From: Phoronis australis
Taxonomy: Eukaryota; Animalia; Phoronida
DNA: 64,000 nt
Direction: 5' to 3'
Assembly (NCBI GenBank): GCA_002633005.1
Contig: NMRA01000019.1
Coordinates: 1,003,942 to 1,067,941, forward strand
This document shows positions 25,946-36,116 of this stretch, one piece after another; positions within the stretch are counted from its first letter, which is position 1, and each line of letters begins with the position of its first letter. The notes beneath the pieces are model-generated. The model was not told the DNA's origin. It was given only the letters and a program-made list of their open reading frames with translations, and made no database searches. The position numbers and the translations under genes were made by a program.

Positions 25946-28668
25946 TGCGTGCGACTGTGCGGGTGTGCGCCTGTGTTTGGGAGAGCGTTGTTTAAGTAAT
26001 GTCACTATTACCTTGGCACATCCAGTTTCACAATATATCGAATTTTGCGATTATCACAAAAATCGAGACGCGAAATAAGACAAGCTAACACATTTTGTTT
26101 TCTATGGTTACTCGGAATGGAACTCGCAGGTAATTTGGTTTAAATCGCGTCCTTCTCAGCATTTTGAGGTATTTTTGACCCATCAGTGTGCACTCAATAC
26201 AAAATAAGAAATTAAACACAAATTCAATTATGTGACATAAACTCGTGATATACTTTTTATTTGCACTAATCTTAAATTGCAATTGTTCTTTAAAACACGT
26301 GTTGTCCAGAATTCTCCAGACATGGGAAGACATTGGTAATGTCTTCTTGCCAGAACATACATCTTGGCATGACTGCACACGCATTTAACTGAATGAATAC
26401 ATACATTTCATTCCAACAAATGTTCGCAACCATCCCAGGTTACAACAACTTTCTATGAACTATACAGAAATGCAAGAATTCGTAAAATCATTTTCATAAA
26501 TCAGGGACGGATCAATGATTTTGAGTTGGAGGAAGGGGGCGGCAGGACAGAGTATTAGCCAGGATTTTAGGGCCTTCCCGTCAGACATTCGCATTACCGA
26601 ACTGCCAAATGGAATCTGGGAAAATTTTAGGGGGGCAATGGCCCCCTTGGACCCCTCTAAGTCCTTCACTGTAGATGTTTTTGTTCTGCCGGTACAAACA
26701 GAACATTATCAAAAATGGAAACGTATCTAAACGACAACTCGTTAAAATGCCGGGATTCTGAAGTTCACTGTAATTTGATCGTAACAATAGGAATCAAGAT
26801 ATCAGTTCACCGTGTAACCTCCATATATGTTGCCAAAGTTTGAATAATCGAATGTCATACTTTCTCTTATGCAACATTTGCACATGCGCCCTAAAAAATT
26901 TTCATATTTCGCCTTTAGGTGTCGCTGAAGGACTTTCTTATGACGGGCAATATCTTTACGATCCTAAAGAAGATCAAGTTGCGACCCCCTTTAAGCAAGT
27001 TGGCATCGATGAGGACTTAGATGCTAACACAGACACCATGAATGACAGTGCTAAAGCTGACAAAGTCAAGACTACGGAAACTTTTCAAAAAATTTTGCAA
27101 AGCAAATCTCAACTGTCCGAACTGTCAAAAACTATTCAAGCAACGTCACAATGTAAGTAACAGAAAGAACACAGTAGGCATGTGTATTTAGGGCTATAAC
27201 CGGGATGGGGTAGTTTTCGACTTTGTCGACAGGGGGAATGGTGGTAACCGAGCTGGACAGAAGAGGTCTTTTTGTGTTCCTCATCACGTTCCGCTAGCCC
27301 AAGGTTTCAACCTTAGTCGGGCACAGAGCAAGACGAATTATGCTAGTTTGATGCCTTATAGGTACTCTCTGGAAACACGACACCCGGGATCGGCTAACTG
27401 ACTCGTTTTGAAATGTTTAGGCCTACAACAACAGACGAACCCTCCGGCGTTAATCAAAACATGTAGTATTTATGTGTTTTTTTATTGGTAAGGGGCTTTT
27501 GGTAAAAGTGTAGGCCCTATTTTCGATATTCAGTTGTGCATCTTCAATCATTGGCGAATACCCCCCTCGACCAAGCAATTTTTCTTGATGGCATTCTGTA
27601 GTACATCAAATTCTCGTGACGAGAATTTGGTGTACTACAGAATGCCATCATCTTTAACGTGCACCCAGCTTTGTGAAAATGACAGTTTTGGATGAGATTC
27701 ATTTGAAGAAAGACGATGATGTGGACTACAATAAGACTACTAGGAATTGCATGCTAAGTGTTCAGTGAGTTCAATTGCCTATCAGTAACTGCAACATTTT
27801 CCTACTTTTCCAGTTATGGATATGTGTAACTTAAACCTTACGTTACCTGCTATACCACCGCCGGAAATAAAAACGTCAAAGAAGGAAAAGAAGAATGGTC
27901 CTACGCAACCACTATACGAGAAAGAGGAACCAAATTTTGTACAGTGTGCTAATATTCGTTACCCGCGGACTGGCGCTGCGACAGTAGCACTAGGTAACCA
28001 AGTCAATAAGTGTACTTGATTTAACATAAACAGAGAATTGCAAACGTTCACATTTTTTAAGCTTTTTGGGAAAATGTGTGTCAGTGATTGCGTGTTTTTG
28101 TATAAGAGAATGAGACGTTGCGCGACTGAGCCCGGATTCCCTGCAAGCTTGATGTTTCCATACCAAAAAGTTCCGAAAACCATCCAGACTGCCTTTTCAT
28201 GTTATTTCGCTGAGACATGTTATTTTTAAGGAAACGCTTTAGGTCATATTTTTAAATGAACGTCATTAATGTCTCCGGCACCTTCCAAAATATGTGCTGT
28301 GGACCCTCTTTCAAGTGGAGCGCCTATATTCGGGAATTACCCGTACTTAACCATTCTGGTCAAAGGCGTGAATGGTGCATTTTTCCAATGAGAATTTTAA
28401 TGAAGGCTATGCTGTCTGTATTATATTTTTTAAATATGATTCCTTCCTTTCAGAACACAGAATTTATCTGATAGGAGGACATACATATGAAGACCCGGAT
28501 GTCCATGTGGATATGATTGAATACTACCACACAAAGAAAAGAAAGTGGTTTAAAGCATTCCCATTGGGTGAAGGCAACTTTTGCGATGTCAAGTGCTGCG
28601 TTTTAAACGTTCCCTCGTCCAATCCCGACTTTAAAAACATCTTTCCCTACAACTGGCCACTATGGTGA
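23566..28668 (+). CDS. Kelch-repeat beta-propeller protein (~445 aa; exons 23566-23929, 24783-24972, 25621-25775, 26919-27152, 27814-27993, 28454-28668)
   Basis: Five kelch GG motifs (LYVLGG, IFVAGG, LYLSGG, LYLMGG, IYLIGG) with FDP/YEP/YDP and W positions; all introns GT-AG with matching phases (1,2,1,1,1); 1338 nt in frame. Start uncertain: an acceptor at 23563 and a candidate upstream exon ending at 23440 exist. Confidence 0.88.
25885..25978. repeat. Compound (GT)n/(GCGT)n microsatellite in kelch intron 3
   Basis: Directly visible. Confidence 0.95.
26502..26671. mobile_element. Decayed MITE with imperfect 5-bp TSD (TAAAT/TAGAT)
   Basis: Ends CAGGGACGGA / TCCTTCACTG, internal GGGGGCAATGGCCCCC hairpin, GC-rich relative to the host intron. 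Confidence 0.5.
27586..27650. repeat. 65-bp near-perfect palindrome in kelch intron 4
   Basis: TGATGGCATTCTGTAGTACATCAAATTCTCGT-G-ACGAGAATTTGGTGTACTACAGAATGCCATCA: 32-bp arms, one mismatch, 1-nt centre. Confidence 0.95.
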
Positions 28669-30877
28669 CGCAAGAGATGCATATGAACGCAGATCGGCCA
28701 TTTCCGTCCAAGAAATAGACTCCTAGTGATCAGAGGTCTGGGAATTGGCCTAAGTAAATTGCAGAATCAAACTCATCAAGTTCTGTGTTAAGTTTGCTGA
28801 AAATGTATACGTTTGGGATGTTTATCGAAGCTACAAAGTCCAGAGATGATATCAGTCATTGGTACTATGTCTGTGGAAGTTTTGGAAGTTTTGCGTACAA
28901 AGTTAACTATACTCTTACAGCTTAACCACGTGGTTATTGGTAGCTACGATTGACATGGTGAATTTTTCCAAAAATTCAAACGATCCATCATTGTATGCTT
29001 CTTGCGGCCGCGAGTGCACCGCGCACCAGCGGGTGACAGCACACTGAGTCACCGGCTGAATTAACAATTTTGTGTTGAAAAGTGATACGTCATATTGTGA
29101 GATAACATGCGTATACGGTTTTTTCACGTCCGTCACGACATTTTATACAAACATTAAAGTAAGTTGTTCAGTTGTCTCATTAGTGATGCTCAATTTACAA
29201 AACATTGGAAATAAAGGCTCTCTTCCTAACTACCTTGTTGATTCATTCTGTCACATATGTCCGCCAAATGTTCACAGTTGCATTTGTCAGTTCAAGTCAC
29301 TTATCACTTGCACAAAACACCATCCTAGATTTTCGTCCCTCTCCATTATATCGTTGAATATCATTAGGTCTTCCTGCTGTCACCATGTGGTAACGGCTCA
29401 CTTAAAACTCGATCTTAAACAGCCGGACTGCCATCAACGACATTTCATAAACCATTCAAAATAGTTCGGCAAAGAGACAACTCACCGTGAAAACAAGGCA
29501 GAAGAAATGAAGCCCATTTATATTATCCGAACTACTAGAAAATTCTTCTGAACATACCGCATGGGAGTGGACACCTGACTGGATTTAACTAACACGATAC
29601 ACGTTAGTAGTGTTGGCTTACGAGGTTAAGGTAACTGTGAACCTCTTGTTTACTGTACCACAAAGTTTCATAGTTGTTACACATACACAAGCATGGGGGA
29701 AATAATCTACAATGCTCCTTTTTCTGGCCCGGAAATAAATATTTTCCATGGTGCCCGTCAAGCCGATCAAAGCATTTGTGTTCGCGGATTCTTTTTTGAG
29801 AGTAAATTTTCTACTGAAATTTAGTAGAAGCATTTGTCATTCAATGATTTATGAAGTGAGCTGCCGTCGATGGATCCTTCAAAAATGTGGCGCTAAAATC
29901 GATGTCGTGTTGCAGCAGAGTTATCTGGATCCGCCATGTCGGTTGCTAACGCTAATTTCGATTTCAGCTCTCATGGATAGTCACGCATGTGCTGCTTTCT
30001 CACGGAGACAGTCTCACTTTCACTCGACTCTGTAGGTTGCAGGCCTACATGTAACTAATGCTCCCGACACGACATAAAATTCACTGGTCGGTGGTCAATC
30101 AGAGCTTTAGTTCCACAGAGTCTTGTCACAACTGGGACATTTCACTGCATTGTTGTTTCAGAGAATTTTAATGCAATGAGAAGTTTGTAATTTCCGACAG
30201 TGCCCATGGAGACCGTACTGACAACTGAAGTGATCCGCGTCGGCCGGCGGTTGCAGTGTGCCACGATTGAAATTTAAATTAGGCAGATGTAATTTGGGAA
30301 ATCTCCAATATGGTTCTCGGAGTTCATGCGCCTGGGCTGTTGTGCAGAAGAAAGCTCCGGTATCAATGATATGACTAAATAGATCGGATACGGCCTACCC
30401 GGCCGACATCATGTCTGGTATTTCTACCGCTCCCTGGCGCTAGAGTAGCCAAGTTACTCTTTATTAAACGGAGGTAAAGTATTTTGAAAAACCGTTCGGG
30501 AGCAAAGTTGGGTTCTCATTTTTTGATAAAAAATGAGTGCTGTAAGTAATAAGTTTCTGAGTCTTGAATGTCGCAATGTTTTATGACAGTTTATTTAACG
30601 AATTTAACATAATTAACACTTAATTTGTTGCGTATTGCTGGTTCTGTTAATCTGTTTCTCTTTCTTTACCAACATATGTAGACATTGTTATTGACTCATT
30701 CAGTCATTGATTGACCTAGTCATAGTTCCAGGGGCGCCTGATCACTTCATAAATATTTTACTAAATTCTGGAGGAAATTTGAACGAATAAGCTATCTTTC
30801 AGTTATCAAGTGTTGTTTTTGCTTCATCCTTGCGCCTCTTTTGAAAGGTATAAGCACTGCAGCTAGCCAGCCAGCTC

Positions 30878-32939
30878 GTAGGCAAATTGCATCGCCCTGG
30901 CAATGCCTGGCATACAGGGGCGATAGAACATCCCCACAAAAAGTTACGAATTTCAAAATACAGGAAATAAAATCAAATGAAACATGCATGTATGCACATG
31001 GAGTTATAATTAACACATACCATAAGTCTGGAGACGATTCAGTCAAGATAATTTGAACAAATCCATGAAAATCTGTCGCGGTTCGCTAGAGTTTCTCTTA
31101 CCGGGCGCCATTTTGAGGAAGTTACATGAGATCACGTGCCAGTGTCACGCTTCGTTCAGTCTTGCGCTAGCCTTTGCCTAACTCATGTGACTCAGTTGAA
31201 ATATTTTGTGGTTATCGTGAGCGTGGTGAAAAAGTTAACAGTGACCAAAAAAGTGGAGTTGGAATTCTTCACCAAAGTCACCTTAATTTTTGTAACTAAG
31301 TTTCATCGAAGATATGTGTAGAAGTAGAAAGGACCACTGAAGAAAGTAAGCGCTTTTTTAAGTGATAGTTTTTAGTGTGGAATCAATGTATTTTTGACGA
31401 GGTGAAAACTCCTAATTGGTGGCCGGATTTGGCTTACCGCCCGTTTAAAATACACGGGACAAAATTCGTACAGAAAGCAATGGGAAGTATTGTAGTCCCT
31501 AACTGGCTGATCGAGGGGCTACGTGTTGCCTAGACAGCTAGCTGTATGAAGATGTCAAAATACAGCTAGGAAAGGAATCGCTGTGTTTTAAGCTCCAATA
31601 GACCTCGAAATTTCACACCACCAGAGTAGTTCTGCTCATCATGAAACTTATATTAACTTGTAGAGCTAATGACCGGCAGGGGTGCATGCAAAATTTGTGA
31701 GTCAACCGACACTTACCTTCTCCGCCTTTTGTAACAAAGGAAAGTCTATCGTCATTTTCAAAACAGTACGCTCGCGTTGTTTCCTAAACTTTTTGTGGCA
31801 TCTCTCAGGAGATGATGTCAGCTTCGCAGCAACAAAATTTATTACAAAATTCGGTTTGCTAGTATTAAAATACTAAAAACTTGTAACTAAATAAAACCAG
31901 TTCCAATAATTTGTTTTGACATGTACACAACCTCGTGGAAGAAGAACAGTTGATTGAAAAATCTCTGAAAAAAGAAAGTGGCCAATAGGTGATGCTATAT
32001 TTCATGGCGCCGAAAGCCGACATATAAGATCGCTCCACAAATTTAGCAGCAGAATAACGGTAGAATGCCAATTTTTCTTTCACCTGTAAATAATTTAGTT
32101 TATTCAAGGATGATTGTAGTTTTTAATGACACTAATTTTGTGTCAGATTTTATTTGGCTATTTTTTCCCCACATCGGCACAAAGCTGTATATTTTGTACC
32201 AGGGCTACACTGCTGCTAGTCCCGTGGCTGGCTATACAGTTGGTCTACAAACCCATACAATACTCCCCATTACTTTCTGTACTAATTTCATCCCGTTTAT
32301 TTTGTAGTCCAAATTGGGTCACCACGTAAGAGGTTTTCTCCTCATCAAAAATACATTTTACACTTAGATTGTCACTTAAAAATGTGCTTACTTCAGCAAT
32401 TCTTTCTGGTTCTAAACATATCTTCGATGAAGCATGTCTATGTGAGTTAAGACGATTTGGCGAAGAATTCCAACTCCACTTTTTGGTTGCTGTTAGCTTT
32501 TTCACCAATCACCACGGGAAGATAACCATGAATTGTTTCAATTGATGTCACGCGAGTCAGGTAAGGACAAGAGGGAGACTGATTGAAGTGCGTGACACTT
32601 GCAAAATGTAGCATGGTAAGATACCTGTTTGAATTCGTAAGGTTTGTGTACCTTGGACTTATTGTTCGTAAACAGGCGTGATTTCGGTTAACTTCTCAAA
32701 ATGGCATCAGGTGAGGGAAGCTCGATTGAACCGCGACAAATTTTCATGGATGTGTTAGAATTATGTTGACTGCATTGTCTCCAGAGTTATGGTAAGTGCT
32801 AATTATAACTCTTTGCCTATAATATGCATGTTTCATTTGATGTTACTCTCTGTATGTATTTTGAGATAGGCAACTTTTTATGGGGATGTACTATCGCCCC
32901 TGTATGCCTGCGCCATTACAAGGCGATATATTTGCCTAC
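30878..32939. repeat. Long diverged inverted repeat: arms 30878-31494 and 32256-32939, ~760-bp spacer
   Basis: Colinear reverse-complement matches along the arms (e.g. GGCATACAGGGGCGATAG / CTATCGCCCCTGTATGCC; AAAAAGTGGAGTTGGAATTCTTC / GAAGAATTCCAACTCCACTTTTT); roughly 70-80% identity by eye, ~75-bp extra segment in the right arm. Confidence 0.9.
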
Positions 32940-35900
32940 ACTGCAGCAGGTAGTTTCTGACTGAGGGAGAACACTCATATCCAGACACTTTTGTCACTTT
33001 TTGTGAATGAACTGATTTTAAAAACATAAAAGTGTTGTTGCTTTTACCTCTATGGAAAAAATATGCCACGTTTATTTGATCTGAACTCAAAATAATATCA
33101 TTATAATGAACTTTTTCTCATACCTGAGTCAGTGCCTGTCTGCGGACCAAACAGTTACCATTCTTACTCAAAATAATATGTGCTATCTATGGTAACTAGT
33201 TATAATTACCAAAGGCATGCCAATGATTTTCTTGCAAGTCCAGTTTGCAAGGATCGCAGAGTTTAAATTTACATAAAATCTTTAAGATGCAATTTAGGGT
33301 TTAAATTTTGTTAAAAAGAAACACCAAAAAGTGTGCTGTAAAATAGACAATAGCTGGCAAAGCTGATGTTGCCATAATGTAGTCTAACTGTAAATAACAA
33401 AATATGCTTGTGAGTTGGGCTGACTGCATAGGTGCAAGTGGACAGATGTTTTTGGATTATGACACAGACTCACTATGGGGACACAGGAGCTGGGTGTCTA
33501 CTGCAGGCAGAGTCTGAATTGTGTGGCACACTTTCAGGTGGCACCAGTGTCTATATTGGGCACACTGCGCCCAAGCGACAAATTTTGTACTGTGTTGCTC
33601 TTTTAAGCCCACAATAATCACTTTGCACAAACAACACGTTTTATCATCACTGCAGGGCTTGATTTGGTGACCTCAAATTTTGTTTGGCAATTTTGCAAAA
33701 TTCACGTTTTTTTGTTAAAAAGGATGTTTTCTAATCTCCAATTTCCTCGTGTTGTTACTCTCAAGTCTTATTATTCATTACAGATCGTCACCAGGAGTCG
33801 CGACAGAGCATCACGTCAGAGACGTCGTCACCTTAGGACCCAAGAGCAATCTGAGAATGACCAACCTATAGGTGTAGACCCTTCTACATGTAATGTTCAG
33901 ACTGTATTTGAACTTGCGTTTCCACTTGTTATGAGATTTTTGTCTGAATTTAATCCACTCGTAGGTGTATTAAACCTTGTGTGTGTTTCATGTTTCAAAT
34001 GATGTTTACATGCATGATTTTTGAAAAAATCTGTATTGTGTTTAAGACTTCAGACCTGTGAGGGCTGTTCCAGCAAAATCTGTGTGGGAGGGGGGGGAAG
34101 GCAACTGAAATAAAAATTTATGGGTGGTTGCGTTTGATTTAAATTCAAAATGGCTGGTGGTCGTACTTCAAAAAAATAAAAATTTACAGGTTGTTGTTTC
34201 GTTGGGCCATAAATGTTTGATGGTGGGTAATTTTAGTAAATTTTATAAACAATCCGCACAGAATCAAAAACTGAAACAAAAATGCAACTTGCAAAAAGCT
34301 CCGACTTTTTCACTCCCTCCGATCTCCTCATCGGCATGTCCATAACACCATTTAACCACAGGTGCTGGAATTTTTCGATGGCTAATAACAATATATAAGA
34401 AACATATGTTTTCTTAGTAATGAATGACGTTAGTGGTGATGGAGGAACAGATAAACTCAAGCACCTGTGCAGTCAACCACAAGAACAAAAAAAAATTACG
34501 GGTGGTTGCATTTCAAACTTATAAAAAATTACGGGTGGTAGGCTGAAGAAATTAATGAAAAATATGGGTGGTGGGTGCGAAAAAAAGGTGCCTTCCCCCC
34601 CTCCCATACAGATTTTACTGGAACAGCCCTNGCGAGACTGATTGAAGTGCGTGACACTTGCAAAATGTAGCATGGTAAGATACTTGTTTGAATTCGTAAG
34701 GTTTGTGTACCTTGGACTTATTGTTCGTAAACAGGCGTGATTTCGGTTAACTTCTCAAAATGGCATCAGGTGAGGGAAGCTCGATTGAACCGCGACAAAT
34801 TTTCATGGATGTGTTAGAATTATGTTGACTACATTGTCTCCAGAGTTATGGTAAGTGCTAATTATAACTCTTTGCGCATAATATGCATGTTTCATTTGAT
34901 GTTATTCTCTGTACGTATTTTGAGATCGGTAACTTTTTATGGGGATGTACTATCGCCCCTGTATGCCTGCGGCATTACAAGGCTATATAATTGCCTACAC
35001 TGCAGCAGGTAGTTAAAGTTTCTGACTGAGGGAGAACACTCATATCCAGACACTTTTGAATGAACTGATTTTAAAAACATAAAAGTGTTGTTGCTTTTAC
35101 CTCTATGGAAAAAATATGCCACGTTTATTTGATCTGAACTCAAAATAATATCATTATAATGAACTTTTTCTCGTACCTGAGTCAGTGCCTGTCTGCGAAC
35201 CAAACAGTTACCATTCTTACTTAAAATAATCTGTGCTATCTATGGTAACCAGTATTAAATAATTACCAAAGGCATGCCAATGATTTTCGTGCAAGTCCAG
35301 TTTGCAAGGATCGCAGAGTTTAAATTTACAAAAAAATCTTTAAGATGCAATTTAGGGTTTAAATTTTGCTAAAAAGAACCGCCAAAAAGTGTGCTGTAAA
35401 ATAGACATTAGTTACATAAGCTGGCAATGCTCATTTTGCCATAATGTAGTCTAACTGTAATGCTTGTGAGTTGGGCTGACGGCATAGTTGCAAGTGGACA
35501 GATGTTTTTGGATTATGACGCAGACTCGCTATGGGGACACAGGAGCTGGGTGTCTGCTGCAGGCAGAGTCTGAATTGTGTGGCACACTTTCAGGTGGCAA
35601 CAGTGTCTATATTGGGCACACTGCGCCCAAGCGACAAATTTTGTACTGTGTTGCTCTTTCAAGCCCACAATAACCACCTTGCACAAACAACACGTTTTAT
35701 CGTCACTGCAGGGCTTGATTTGGTGACCTCAAATTTTGTTTGGCAACTTTGCAAAACTCACCTTTTTTTGTTAAAAAGGGTGTTTTCTAATCTCCAATTT
35801 CCTCGTGTTGTTACTCTCAAGTCTTATTATTCATTACAGATCGTCACCAGGAGTCGCGACAGAGCATCACGTCAGAGACGTCGTCACCTTAGGACCCAAG

Positions 35901-36116
35901 AGCAGTCTGAGAATGACCAACCTATAGGTGTAGACCCTTCTACATGTAATGTTCAGACTGTATTTGAACTTGCGTTTCCACTTGTTATGACATTTTTGTC
36001 TGAATTTATTCCACGCGTAGGTGTAGGAAACCTTGTGTGTGTTTCATGTTTCAAATGATGTTTACATGCATGATGTTTGAAAAATCTGTATTGTGTTTAA
36101 GACTTCAGACCTGTGA
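32575..36116. repeat. Tandem block duplication A 32575-34061 / B 34634-36116 across 'n' at 34631 (probable two alleles)
   Basis: Near-identical ~1.5 kb with scattered SNPs/indels; RNF4 exon appears at 33784-33871 and 35840-35927 with a synonymous CAA/CAG difference. Confidence 0.92.
34062..34629. mobile_element. PIF/Harbinger-like MITE present in one copy of the block only
   Basis: ~41-bp TIRs GGGCTGTTCCAG(C/T)AAAATCTGT(G/A)TGGGAGGGGGGGAAGGCA; inserted after TGA; the empty site CTGTGAGAAA is at 36111-36120; internal GGGTGGT repeats. Right TSD is cut by the 'n'. Confidence 0.85.

Noticed and set aside
35531-36058. 175-aa ORF as an independent gene
   Set aside because: Only 35840-35927 is supported as an RNF4 exon; the remainder is intronic read-through and the upstream part is not open in copy A.
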